A DNA stretch of 27,301 bases, taken from NCBI RefSeq assembly GCF_006345805.1, contig NW_021834765.1, positions 1 to 27,301 on the forward strand, read 5' to 3'. Below, in pieces: positions 11,711 through 23,745 of the stretch; the stretch's first letter is position 1; each line of letters starts with the position of its first letter. The notes beneath the pieces were generated by a model that was not told the origin of the DNA, did no database searches, and saw nothing but the letters and a program-made list of their open reading frames with translations. The position numbers and the translations under genes were made by a program. Source of the stretch: Octopus sinensis (Eukaryota).

Positions 11711-12245
11711 CTTTTTACTCTCTTTTACTTGTTTCAGTTATGTGACTGCGGCCATGCTGGAGCACCGCCTTTAGTCGAGCAAATCGACCCCAGGACTTAT
11801 TCTTTGTAAGGCTAGTACTTATTCTATCGGTCTCTTTTGCCGAACCGCTATGGTACAGGAACGTAAACACACCAGCATCGGTTGTCAAGCGATGTTACGG
11901 GGACAAACACAAACACACAAAAATACTCACACACACACGCACACCCTCCTTCTTCCCTTCTTTCCTGAGCGCCCAATAATACTTTATTTGTTCCACATCC
12001 TCGCGTTGTTGTCTTTTTGTTTTCTTGTTTGGATTAACTTTATATATATATATATATATACATATATATAAACACATATATATGACGGCTTCTTTCAGTT
12101 TCCGTCTACCAAAACCACTCATAAGGCTTTGGTCGGCCCGAGGCTATAGTAGAAGACACTTACCCAAAGTGCCACGCAGTGGGACTGGACTCGGAACCAT
12201 GTGGATGGTGAGCAAGCTATTCACCACACAGCCACTCCTGTGCCT
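11711..12245 (-). mobile_element. SINE family A, full length, with an insertion in its internal microsatellite
   Basis: Reverse complement of 12516-12900; tRNA-like head at 12180-12245. Confidence 0.9.
11945..12040 (+). mobile_element. Fragment related to the 2785-2875 Penelope-like pLTR segment
   Basis: TTCCTGAGCG...TAATAC...TTGTTCC...GTCTTTTTGTTTTC followed by (TA)n parallels 2799-2875. Confidence 0.5.
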
Positions 12246-12515
12246 ATATCTACAGAAATGTTCACCATTTATCATTGACGTGGTTAATATGCCATCAAGA
12301 TCCAAGTATAGGGAACATTGTCAGTAGCACTCTGTCATTCGATCTATACAATGATCAGATCCTTCTTTTTATGCATATAATCTTCGATGATCACGGTTTT
12401 GTCGTTAATCGGTAATTAATATTTATGGCTATTCCAGCCTTTACAACATTCCTTCTGTTCTTTTGAGAAAAGAAAGTCACAAAAAAAGAAAAAAAAAATG
12501 GAATTAAGAAAGAAA

Positions 12516-12900
12516 GTGGCTGTGTGGTAAGTAGCTTGCTAACCAACCACATGGTTCCGGGTTCAGTCCCACTGCGTGGCATCTTGGGCAAGTGTCTTCT
12601 ACTATAGCCCCGGGCCGACCAATGCCTTGTGAGTGGATTTGGTAGACGGAAACTGAAAGAAGCCTGTTGTATATATGTATATATATATGTGTGTGTATAT
12701 GTTTGTGTGTCTGTGTTTGTCCCCCAAGCATTGCTTGACAACCGATGCTGGTGTGTTTACGTCCCCGTCACTTAGCGGTTCGGCAAAAGAGATCGATAGA
12801 ATAAGTACCGGGGTCGATTTGCTCGACTAAAAGGCGGTGCTCCAGCATGGCCGCAGTCAAATGACTGAAACAAGTAAAAGAGTAAAAGAGTAAAAGAGTA
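12516..12900 (+). mobile_element. tRNA-derived CORE-type SINE family A (plausibly one of the described octopus OK/OR families)
   Basis: A box TGGCTGTGTGG, B box GGTTCAGTCCC, CORE-like CTTGGGCAAGTG, internal (TA)/(TG) tract, 3' tandem (GTAAAAGA)n tail, possible TSD GAATT(A/G)AGAA. Confidence 0.9.
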
Positions 12901-13192
12901 AGAATTGAGAATCTTAGTGACAAAAAATTTTTCATGACCCGTTTTATTTTTTACTTTCTGTTTCGTTAAATATTTATAGTTTGTTTTTATAACAATTTTT
13001 TTTTCACTCAGACCAAATTCTAAAAGAAATGGATGCTTCAGTTAGTTTATTGTTAGATTTTCGAAGAATATTTCTTAAATCGTTGCTTGCTATTGGCACA
13101 TGACAGCTGACGTGTGGATAACACAGCTGTCATGATCTGTTTGTTGCGCGAGTAAAATAATATATGCTAACGTAGCATAAAGTGTAAGTAAA

Positions 13193-13223
<31 letters not shown>

Positions 13224-13328
13224 GTGTGTGTGTCAATGTGTTTGCGTGTGTATTGTATAACGCTGTAAACTACATGGAGGTATACGTTACACAAATGCAG
13301 AGAATTTCTCAATATTACGTACGTCTAA

Positions 13329-13940
13329 GGTGGCGAGCTGGCAGAAACCTTAGCAAGCCGGGCGAAATGCTTAGCGGTATTTCGTCTGCCACTATGTTCT
13401 GAGTTCAAATTCCGCTGAGGTCAACTTTGCCTTTCATCCTTTCGGGGTCGATTAAATAAGTACCAGTTACGCACTGGGGTCGATATAATCGACTTAAACC
13501 GTTTACCTGTCCTTGTTTGTCCTCTCTGTGTTTAGCCCCTTGTGGGTAGTAAAGAAATAGGCATTTCGTCTGTCTTTATGTTCTGAGTTCAAATTCCGCC
13601 GAGGTCGACTTTGCCTTTCATCCTTTCGGGGTCGATAAATTAATTACCAGTTACGCACTGGGATCGATGTAATCGACTTAATGTCTTTGTCTGTCCTTCT
13701 TTGTCCCCTCTATGTTTAGCCCCTTGTAGGCAATACAGAAATAAGAAACGTTAGCACGCTGGGGAAATTCTTAGCGGTATTTCGTCTGTCTTTACGTTCT
13801 GAGTTCAAATTCCGCCGAGGTTGACTTTACCTTTCATCCTTTCGGAGTCGATAAATTAAGTACCAGTTGCATACTGGAGTCGATGGAATCGACTGGCTTC
13901 CTCCCCCAAAATTGTGGGCCTTGTGCCTAGAGTATAAAAG
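13329..13940 (+). mobile_element. SINE family B trimer with 18-bp degenerate TSD
   Basis: AATATTACGTACGTCTAA (13311-13328) vs AATATTGCGAATGTCTAA (13941-13958), 15/18 identical; three body repeats, the last with the older tail variant. Confidence 0.85.
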
Positions 13941-14054
13941 AATATTGCGAATGTCTAATTCTAAGTGAGCACTTTTTCCTAGGGTGTATGCATAGTGGTT
14001 CGTATATGAATGCGGATTACAATGGTTTGATCATATATATGTTCTTTTTTATGC

Positions 14055-14312
14055 TTTGCTTGTTTTAGTCAGATCACTCAGCTGTAGAAATGAGTTGCAG
14101 TGTTACTGGTGCCAAGCAGTCGAACGTATCGACCCCAGGAATGATTTTTTAAAGCATGTTACTTATTCTGTCGGTCTCATTTGCCCAGCCACTAAGTTAC
14201 AGGGACGTAATCACACCAGCACCGGTTGTCAAGCGGTTGGTGTGGAACAAACTCTGACGCAAAGACACACAAGCACACACACGCATATATACATACATAC
14301 ACATAAACACAA

Positions 14313-14367
<55 letters not shown>

Positions 14368-14505
14368 TATATATATATATATACAACGAGCTTCTTTCAG
14401 TTTCTTTCTACCAAATCTGCTCACAAGGCTTTGGTCGGCCCGAGGCGAAGACACCCAGCCAATGTGCCAGTTGGACTAAACCTTGAACCTTACCACACAG
14501 CCATT
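14055..14505 (-). mobile_element. SINE family A, degenerate
   Basis: ATCGACCCCAGG...CTAAGTTACAGGGACGTAATCACACCAGCACCGGTTGTCAAGCG...CTCACAAGGCTTTGGTCGGCCCGAGG. Confidence 0.8.
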
Positions 14506-15243
14506 CTGTAGCTTTTAATCCCAATGACAATATAATATAGCCACGAAGAGATCCCTTGGCCGTGTGTCAGCTTACCAACCCCACAAACACAGATCATTTC
14601 ACGGCGTAAACTACCAATACCTCAGTAGACTATACGCTAAGTAGCACCCATTTTAGTTTTTTAATACCGACCATCTAACGATTCCGCCATAAAATTACAA
14701 ATGGCTCATGGAGAGACTTGACGAATATGTTACAATTATTAAATAAGACATCACAGTTTTTGCCCTGTATTGTCTTACATTCACAACGCCCAACCAACTG
14801 AGTCATTTTCTGGAAATCTCGTACATCGACCAAGTTTAACTAGTTAACAATGAATTATTTTGTTTTACTGATTTTCATCTTAAATTTAGTATTTATTAAA
14901 AGAATATTTGTTTTGTCTTTGCTTATACAGAAAACATGCTTTTCACACGTTTTTTGTTTTCTTTCTGCCTGCTTTGGTTTATTTCTAAATGGATTTTTTT
15001 GTTTAAGCAAAAACAAATTTTGTTGATATTTAACAAAATCGTGTCAACAAGAACAATTTGAAATATGAAAAAAAAAAAAAAAAAAAATAGATAACGCGTT
15101 TTTGTTCTTTTTTTTTTTCTTGAAGGAAAAAAATAACAAGCAAACAAGCAAACAGACAAAATACTCTTATCGGAATTCATATTTTGAAATTAGAAAAAGT
15201 ATTTATAATTAAAAAATAACAAAACTATATTAATATAACATAA

Positions 15244-15651
15244 CTAGCAGTATCGCCCGGCGTTGCTCGGGTTTGTAAGGGAAATAACTATATAAGCATT
15301 TTTAGAGAGTTATAGCCAAAAAGTAGCAAAAAAATAGCAAAAAATGCATTAAAAATGGAAAAAAAATTATGGTAAATTTTTTTTAAATCGTTGACTCATC
15401 GTAGACATTTTTAGAGAGTTACTTCCCTTATATAATAGCGAAAAAAATGTATTAAAATGGGAAAAAATTATGGGAATTTTTTTTTTAAATCGTAGACTCA
15501 TCGTAGACGCGCGCTAATACCCAGAAGGGCTCGATATGAATCACGACTATAAGATACCCGGTTTTGGTTAAACTGCACCGCAAAATGTGGGAGTAGTTAG
15601 GAATCTAAATCGTAGGAGACAGACACACAACTTGACTTTTATATATAAAGA
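15244..15651 (-). mobile_element. Non-autonomous Helitron, family H1, intact termini (408 bp)
   Basis: Minus strand A|TCTTTATATATAAAAG ... CCCGAGCAACGCCGGGCGATACTGCTAG|T: 5'-TC, 3'-CTAG, subterminal hairpin, A/T target, no TSD. Confidence 0.9.
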
Positions 15652-15699
15652 TGACTTTCGGCTAAGAGTAGTCGTTGATGAGAGCGTTCATTTTATCTT

Positions 15700-15927
15700 T
15701 TAGCTTTAATCTTTCACTCGTTTCAATCATTGGACTGTGGCCATGCTGGAGCACCAGGTTGAAGGGTTTAATCGAACATATCGACCCCGTTACTCGTGTT
15801 TTATAAGACTGGTACTTTTTCTGTCGTTCTCGTTCACCGAACCGCTTACTTACGAGGACGTAAACAAGTCAACACCGGTTTTCAAAAGATAGTGAAGGAC
15901 AAACACAACACAAATGCACGCACATAC

Positions 15928-15984
<57 letters not shown>

Positions 15985-15997
15985 TGTATATACATCC

Positions 15998-16029
<32 letters not shown>

Positions 16030-16030
16030 C

Positions 16031-16065
<35 letters not shown>

Positions 16066-16253
16066 CTCTATCTATCTATCTATGTATTTGAAACTGACTT
16101 ATTGGAAGTCCACCTGAAGATTGTCGATCAAGACAAGAAACAATTGTAGTGGCGGTTTTTTTGACTATTTATTAAAATTTTATGTATTGATTAAGTCTTT
16201 CCTTGTTTGTTTTGCAAGTAGTGGTTTTGTCTCTAATAATATTTTATGTATAT

Positions 16254-16289
<36 letters not shown>

Positions 16290-16452
16290 GACAGGCTTCC
16301 TCACAGTCTTCGTCTAACAAATTCACTCACAAGTCATTGGTAGGCCCAGGGTTACAGTAAAAGACACTTTCCCCAAGGTGCCGCGCAGTGGGGCTGAACC
16401 CGAAACCATGTAGCTGTAAAGTGAACTTCTCAACCACATAACCATCCCTGCG
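15700..16452 (-). mobile_element. SINE family A, degenerate, split by microsatellite expansion and a hammerhead-bearing insert
   Basis: 3' half at 15700-15925, 5' half at 16288-16452 (CCCCAAGGTGCCGCGCAGTGGGGCTGAACCCGAAACCATG). Confidence 0.8.
16110..16152 (+). ncRNA. Minimal type I hammerhead ribozyme (Penelope/retrozyme type)
   Basis: CCAC-CTGAAGA-TTGTC-gatcaa-GACAA-GAAA-CAATTG-TA-GTGG: stem I CCAC/GTGG, intact core, 5-bp stem II, palindromic stem III ACAATTGT, GUA cleavage triplet at 16146-16148. Confidence 0.85.
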
Positions 16453-16609
16453 TCGATGATAGAGAAAAATGCTATCTTCTATTGTGTGTGTGTGTGGTGT
16501 GTGTGTGTGTGTGTGTGTGTGTGATTGCGTGTGATTGCGTATGTGTGTGTGAGTATGTGTGTATGCGCGCGAGCATGTGTGTATGGAGTGCGAGTATTAT
16601 TTTTGTGGT

Positions 16610-16689
16610 TGTTTAACACTAGGTTATCCCTGACGGAGCTGACCTGTAAACAAAGGCATTCCAGACGTGTATGTTCCGTCTGTTTAGTT
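16610..16689 (+). repeat. Old dispersed repeat family D (continues after the hAT MITE to ~17095)
   Basis: TTTAACACTAGGTTATCCCTGACGGAGCTGACCTGTAAACAAAGGCATTCCAG, similar to ~21215 and ~22790. Confidence 0.55.
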
Positions 16690-17011
16690 CAGTGAATCTT
16701 AATCAGGGTTCACAAAACCCCCGATAGTCCATATATAAGAATTTTAGGGGGTTCACACAAAGAAATAGTAATTTTGGGGAAAATTTTGTTTTATATTTTT
16801 GCATTGGTATGTATGGAAAGAAGCCGCTAGGTTTCTTTCTCTAACATTTTACCTAGTTCAACCTACACAAGTGAATGCGGGGAAAACAAAACAGAAGTTT
16901 TGGAAGACGTTTCTATAAAACTAGTTTTTAAACATCGAATGGGTGTGGGGTCCACCAAAACAAGATAGTAATCAAAGGGATTCACAGATAAAAAATGGTT
17001 GAGAACCACTG
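16690..17011. mobile_element. hAT (Charlie-like) MITE with 8-bp TSD
   Basis: Left end CAGTGAATCTTAATC, right end GGTTGAGAACCACTG; TSD GTTTAGTT (16682-16689) / GTTTAGGT (17012-17019). Confidence 0.8.
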
Positions 17012-17190
17012 GTTTAGGTGAATGTCTTGGATTGATTTATCTAATATGTCCTTCCTTTTTTTTAGACGGCGTGCTTTGCAAGAAATTTTGTCGCTAAACT
17101 AGAGGTTAAACATCTTAAAATGCCGAAGTGGTAAAAAAAAAAAAGTCACATATTACCGTAAAAGTGTATCAACAGCGAACGTCAGTTTCT

Positions 17191-17812
17191 TATTTCTTTA
17201 CTACCCACGAGGGGCTAAACATAGAGGGGACAAACAAGGACAGACAAAGGTATTAAGTCGATTACATCGACCCCAGTGTGTAACTGGTACTTAATTTATC
17301 GACCCCGAAAAGGATGAAAGGTATAGTCGACCTCGGCGGAATTTGAACTCAGAAGATAAAGACAGATGAAATACCTATTTCTTTATTACCCACAAGGGGC
17401 TAAACACAGAGGGGACAAACAAGGACAGACATAGGTATTAAATCGATTACATCGACTCCAGTGTGTAACTGGTACTTCATTTACCGACCCCGAAAGGATG
17501 AAAGGTATAGTCGACCTCGGCGGAATTTGAACTCAGAACGTAATGACAGATGAAATACCTATTTCTTTATTACCCACAAGGGGCTAAACACAGAGGGGAC
17601 AAACAAGGACAGACATAGGTATTAAATCGATTACATCGACTCCAGTGTGTAACTGGTACTTAATTTATCGACCCCGAAAAGGATGACAGGCAAAGTCGAC
17701 CTCGGCGGAATTTGAACTCACAACGTAACTGCAGACGAAATAGCGCTAAGCATTTCGCCCGGCGTGCTACCGTTTCTGCTAGCTCACCGCCTTTCTGCCA
17801 TCTCGCCGCTCT
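17191..17812 (-). mobile_element. SINE family B trimer with 15-bp TSD and a duplicated head
   Basis: CGAACGTCAGTTTCT (17176-17190) vs CGAACATCAGTTTCT (17813-17827); three 184-bp units. Confidence 0.9.
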
Positions 17813-19528
17813 CGAACATCAGTTTCTGCTTATCACATATACTTAAAAAAATCTCAGAATCTTATTTCTGATAGTTCTCATAATCTCACATGATTTCTCC
17901 AGAAAATCTTACATTTTCCGCATAACCAAAACTCCATTAAATGAATGAGATCGACTAAAAAGATAAAGTAATTCATTTTAAAATTCAAGCATCATTTTTT
18001 TTCACTATCTTTATCCAAATGTCTATCAAATCTAATGAGTTTCATGTATGAATAATGTTGATATCATAGAAAAAAACTGTTGAAGAGCCTATTGTGACAG
18101 TGATCTTAACACTGAAGCTAGTAAACAAATATTTCCTGGATCTTACTGTGCACTAGTGTTGTTCTATATCAGTTTTAAAAAAATCATTAGATATATGAAA
18201 GGATTTCGGTTCACAAAAATATAACCTGTAGTTCAATTTCCCCGAGTTATTAATATAACATTATTAATATATATATATTAATATTATTCTATTATTTTTA
18301 TTCCCAATGATATTATATATATATATCTGTCAATAGATCCCTTGGTATCTTCTTACCAACCCACCTAACTATTGATAAGAAAAAATATAACAACATAAGA
18401 AAACAAAAGAATCAACTGTCTTGTAAGCGTGCTCGAATTTGTTGGAGGTGGTATGAACTTCCTTTAAAAGACGGGCTACTTTAAATAAATAACTAGTGTT
18501 TTATTTCAATGTTATGCTGTACCACTGAATATATCTATATTGTGATGTAGACAGGGGCGAATACGCTGTATTTATAGACAATGTCTTCGTGGATGAAACA
18601 AAAGAGGGTTTGCAAATTCTAGGGGACACTGATTCTTTCATCTCGCAAGGGAGTACGAAGGTAATTAGCACTGCTTCTTCCATCCATTTCACCCGTCATT
18701 TAGAGATGTGTTATGTCGCAATACTACACAGTGGCTGTGTGAGCTATCTCATCCTCGTCGCCACTGTTATGTCGCACGTTCAGATGACCTCTACTCAACT
18801 CTATTCTTTTCTACTCTGCTCTAGTCTGAACTCTGATGTCTAGGCTTCTCCCACTATATCCACGTACTGGGCCAGTTCACTTCATTGTCTGGGGGCATCC
18901 ACACAACAAGATGAAATACTTCATGGGCACCAGTCTTAGAGAGACTGCACAGTCCCTTCTCACCAACCAGTCTTCGAGGGCCTATGAAGGTTGTGACCAC
19001 TGCTTCCTTCATTTCACCAGTCAGCGGAGAGGTACCAGTAAGGGTATTGATACAGCTCCACCTATTTCATCAATTTTCAAGGACTTATGAAGGTCAAACG
19101 GTTTTTCCTTCTAATAAAAACTTTAAAACCTTTTCGTTTTTATTTTCAAAATACTCGCAAACAGGACTTATCAGCTTTGAAAGATTTACAAAGATCAACA
19201 GTATTTAAACCATTAAATGTTTTTTTTTTTTTTTCAAAATATTCATCAACAGAATTACCAGCTATTTTGAAATGAGAAGATGCTTCACAAAAATTGCTAT
19301 ATTTGTGTATACAATATGTGTTGCAAACGAAATATTTGCAAGTGTTGTGTATATAATATTCATAACAGTATAGCAAATGTATATAAACAAAAACAGATTT
19401 AGGATTTAGGCGTCTATGTCTGGTAATTAAAGGTGTGCCTGTGTATCCGCAGATATATTTACTTATCCAGTTCTCTTACATTTTTTCCTATCACTCGTTA
19501 TCGTTATCTCTCTTTCCTCCCTCCTCTC

Positions 19529-19568
<40 letters not shown>

Positions 19569-20004
19569 ACATACATAAACATACTAATTACAGCATGTAA
19601 TTATAACTGTTTTCTGCTGTCTTTTCATTCAACCAATGTTGATATTTCATTGTGTGTGTGTGTGTGTATGCTTGTGTGTCTGTTTTCGTGTGTGTGTGTG
19701 TGTGTGTGTGTGCGCGTGTGTGTACACTGCATGTGAAAGTATGTATATGCTATGTCATTATTCAGTTTTATTTCGATTTCTTGGCAATAGAGAAAGAAAC
19801 ACTTTCTAACCGAGATCCAAGGTTCCTTCATTGGAATCTCAACAACATCAACAGGGTATTTTTACATATATGTGTGTATGTATGCAGTGTTTGGAGTCAG
19901 TGCATGTGCAGATTTGTGTGTTTTGTTTTATGCATGTAATCTCATGCATATAGTTGCATGTTTAGACACGCGCATATATACTTAAATAATAAACTTCTGA
20001 AAAG

Positions 20005-20071
20005 TTCGATTAAAGGCGGTGATCCAGCATGGCCACAGTAAATTGCCTGAAACAAGTAAAAGAGTAAAAGA
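20005..20071 (+). mobile_element. 3' fragment of SINE family A
   Basis: AAGGCGGTGATCCAGCATGGCCACAG...GAAACAAGTAAAAGAGTAAAAGA. Confidence 0.8.
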
Positions 20072-20094
20072 ATATATACATACATAATACATAC

Positions 20095-20129
<35 letters not shown>

Positions 20130-20193
20130 ATAATATATATATATATTATATATGTATGTATGTATTTATATATATACATATATATATACATAC

Positions 20194-20268
<75 letters not shown>

Positions 20269-20351
20269 TATATATGTATGTATGTATATATATATACATA
20301 TATATACATACATTACATATATATATATATAGAGAGAGAGAGAGAATAAGA

Positions 20352-20394
<43 letters not shown>

Positions 20395-20435
20395 TACAGA
20401 CAGACAGACAGATAGATAGATAGATAGATAGATAC

Positions 20436-20478
<43 letters not shown>

Positions 20479-20488
20479 CATACATACA

Positions 20489-20519
<31 letters not shown>

Positions 20520-20600
20520 CTACATACATGGCTAAATAGATAGTTAGATAGGCAGACAGTCAGATATCTAGCTAGCTAGATAGATAGATAGCTAGCTAGC

Positions 20601-20663
<63 letters not shown>

Positions 20664-20704
20664 GCAGGCAGGTAGGCAGACAGACAGACAGACAGACAGA
20701 CAGA
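20072..20704. repeat. Large compound microsatellite (TACA/TA/GACA/GATA)n
   Basis: Direct inspection. Confidence 0.95.
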
Positions 20705-21341
20705 TCTTCTAAGCACTTTCCTGACCTTCCCTTTCACCCTTCCCTCTTTCTTCTCTGCTGTTTATCTATATATGTCTTTTTGCTACCACTGTCTCCTCCC
20801 CATTTTAAAAGAAAAGAAAAGAAAGAAAAACACACTTTCGCCTGTTTTCTGATGGACGAGGTCACCAAGTCCACCGAAGCACGTCTGCATGGTGCTTACA
20901 GTAGACGTGGAAATAATTTGTTTTCAAACATTCGAGGCAAAATAGAAACGGTTTGTACTTAATTTATGAAAACAAAATCACCACCGAACTCTCCTCAGTT
21001 ATTACATGTAAACACTGACACACGTGCACGCACACACACACACACATACACACACACATGCACACATATACACACATATATACACACACACCACGCACGC
21101 ACGCTCACACACATTCACACATATATACAAAGACACATACCCTCGCACAAAATGGATAAGGAAAAGTCACCGATAGATTAATCGTTAGTTATCATTGTTG
21201 GTGTTTTTGGTGTTGTTATTTAACCACGGGTCAAGACTTATCCACCCTACCCGTGATCAAACGCATTTAAACCGTGACCATCCCGTCATAGTAGTGTTAT
21301 CTAGGACCCCATTCTTTAATGTGACCTTCCATTGTTTTGTT

Positions 21342-22663
21342 TCTCAATCACAGATTTTTTCATATTTTTTTTTTAATTAAACAGTTTTAATTAATTTTAA
21401 TTAATTTTTTTTTTTAAATAAGCAGTTTGAAACTTCGAATACTTGTAGAATTTTTCACGCAGAACACGGTTTACTCTGAACGTTTTTGACCACATTTTGT
21501 ATTTTAGAAGTTATTTCGTGTTAAAGTTGTATTTGGGTAATTTCAACCAATTAACGACGTGTATTCGATTGAAGAAAGCTACTGTTGTTTGCGATAGTAA
21601 TCAAAGAGGAACAACTTCCGGGTCATCTCTACTAAATGTAATCACGAGTCCGCAGCTAGCTTTTTTTTTTTCTTTTTTTTTTTTGACAAGATCACAACAT
21701 ACATGTACACTGCAACATAATTTCTTTTCCTCAACAGGCCCTGCCCTATTTAACATTGTCCCGAGGGAGATCAAAGAGGAAAAGGATCCCATCAACTTTA
21801 AACAGAGTCTGGATAGATTCCTTCAAAGAATACCAGATAAGCCACCCATAATTGGATACAACTCACCCAACAAGAACTCACTACTTGAACAAAACTGGAT
21901 ACAACTCACCCAACAAGAACTCACTACTTGAACAAAACTTGACTTAAACAAAACTTGACTTAAACAGGATTCGAATAATCCTATCAGGTGGTGCTATTAA
22001 GTTAGACATGGCCTGGACCAATCTTTGGTCGAAACATATCTAAGTTTATCTAAGTTTATATGTAGTTTCAAAATGCCTTACTTTACAACCATGAGATGTA
22101 TTGTTATTGTCAGGATTTTATCTTACTATAATCAACAACAAACACATTTCGTCAATATAAAAGTCTTTATTAGATAAAAAAAACAACAACATTATCAAAA
22201 CATGAAGGTAAAACAAAACAAATAGCGGCTTATACACCGGAAAATACGGTAGTTGTAGTAGCAGTGACAATTTCGCTCGTTGGTTGCTAGTTGAAAGTGT
22301 AGAAGGGAGGGAAAGAGTAAGGAATGCACGGTGATGACTAGAAAGGAAGAAAAGATCATGGTAGCATCGTCTTCGCACAGCATACTAATAGAACAGTGGT
22401 GACATTTAGTAGAGATGACCCGGAAGTTGTTCCTCTTCGATTACAATCGCAAACAGCAGTAGTTTTCTTCTACCGAATACACGTTGTTGATTGGTTGAAA
22501 ATTAACCCAAATACGACAACTGTAATACGAAATAACTTCTAAAATACGAAATTTGGTCAAAAACGTTCAGAGTAAACCGTGTTCTACTTGAGAAATTCTA
22601 CCAGTATTCGAAGTTTCAAACTGTTTAGTTAAAAAAAATTAATTAAAAGATCTGTGATTGAGA
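21342..22663. mobile_element. Long-TIR (foldback/Mutator-like) non-autonomous DNA element
   Basis: 21342-21644 (TCTCAATCACAGAT...GGAACAACTTCCGGGTCATCTCTACTAAATGT) is a diverged reverse complement of ~22397-22663; no clear TSD. Confidence 0.85.
21685..22059 (+). mobile_element. 5'-truncated LINE 3' end (CR1/L2-group ORF2 C-terminus plus 3' UTR)
   Basis: TLQHNFFSSTGPALFNIVPREIKEEKDPINFKQSLDRFLQRIPDKPPIIGYNSPNKNSLL fits the recalled GPxLFNxLP...FKxxLDxFLxxIPDxP motif; ends in the tandem tail (TAAGTTTATC)2. Confidence 0.75.
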
Positions 22664-22789
22664 TGGAATAGATCCTTTTGTTTGTTTTGCTATTTTTGGT
22701 GGAGGAAAGGCTGATGGGATATTATATAAAGAAAATTTGGTTGCTATTTCTAACATGTCCAGCTACCATTTTGGGGGTGCCATGTTCTT

Positions 22790-22995
22790 GTTTAGCTCCA
22801 GGTCAAATCTTATCGAGGATACTTACGACCAAAGCGTTCCAACTGTGTCCATGCCATATTTTTGCTAAGACCTAGTGAATCAAGAACTGCATAACCCTAC
22901 GTATCCTTCCTCTAATCAGCAAGACAGTGTGCGATCTGAGGAAAATTTGGTTGTTATTTCTAGCAAGAAGAATGACCGCATCGAAACCGCCCGAT
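22790..22995 (+). repeat. Old dispersed repeat family D, most complete copy
   Basis: TTTAGCTCCAGGTCA...CAAAGCGTTCCA...GTATCCTTCC...AATTTGGTTGTTATTTCTAGCA. Confidence 0.55.
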
Positions 22996-23131
22996 TGGTT
23001 CAGTGATTTTCAATTATTGGGTGGGGGTATCTATGGACCCCACTTTGGTTCGTATTTTATACAGGTGAGCCCTGATAGCTACTCAATGTTTTTAAAAAAT
23101 CCTATTGATATAGTTTTAAAAATTAAATATT

Positions 23132-23356
23132 GGTTTCAATTTTTAACGCAAGGCCAGCAATTTCGGAGAAGGGACTGGATCGATGTAATCGATTCCAATA
23201 CATCGATCCCAATACTCAACTGGCACTTATTTTATCAACTCCGAAAGGATGAAAGACAAAGTCGACCTCAGCAGAATTTAACTCAGAACGTGTAGACGGA
23301 CTAAGTGCCGATGAGCATTTCATCCGGAGTGCTAACGATTTTGCTAGATCGCCGCT
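23132..23356 (-). mobile_element. SINE family B, old monomer
   Basis: CCGAAAGGATGAAAGACAAAGTCGACCTCAGCAGAATTTAACTCAGAACG. Confidence 0.85.
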
Positions 23357-23398
23357 CTACTTAATAATTAAATATTATTAGAAATTTAATTAAAAAGT

Positions 23399-23745
23399 TC
23401 TTTTACTTGTTTCAGTCATTTGACTGTGGCCATGCTGGAGCACCGCCTTTAGTCGAGCAAATCGACCCCAGGACTTATTCTATATAAGCCTAATACGTAT
23501 TCTATCGGTCTCTTATGCCGAACCGCTAAGTTACGAGGGCGTAAACACACCAGCATCGGTTGTCAAGCGATGTTGAGGGGACAAGCACAGACACACAAAC
23601 ATATATACACACTCACACACATATATATACACATATATACGACGGGCTTCTTTCAGTTTCCGTCTACCAAATCCACTCACAAGGCTTTGGTCGGCCCAAG
23701 GCTATAGTAGAACACACTGTGCCCAAGGTGCCACGCAGTGGGACT
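23399..23745 (-). mobile_element. SINE family A, head truncated
   Basis: High similarity to 11722-12186. Confidence 0.9.

Noticed and set aside
21497-21931. 144-aa ORF as a gene
   Set aside because: A chance fusion of TIR sequence, a poly-T tract and a LINE ORF2 remnant
23177-23209. GGATCGATGTA/TACATCGATCC hairpin
   Set aside because: A local inversion inside an old SINE B copy whose TCGA-rich segment is already quasi-palindromic
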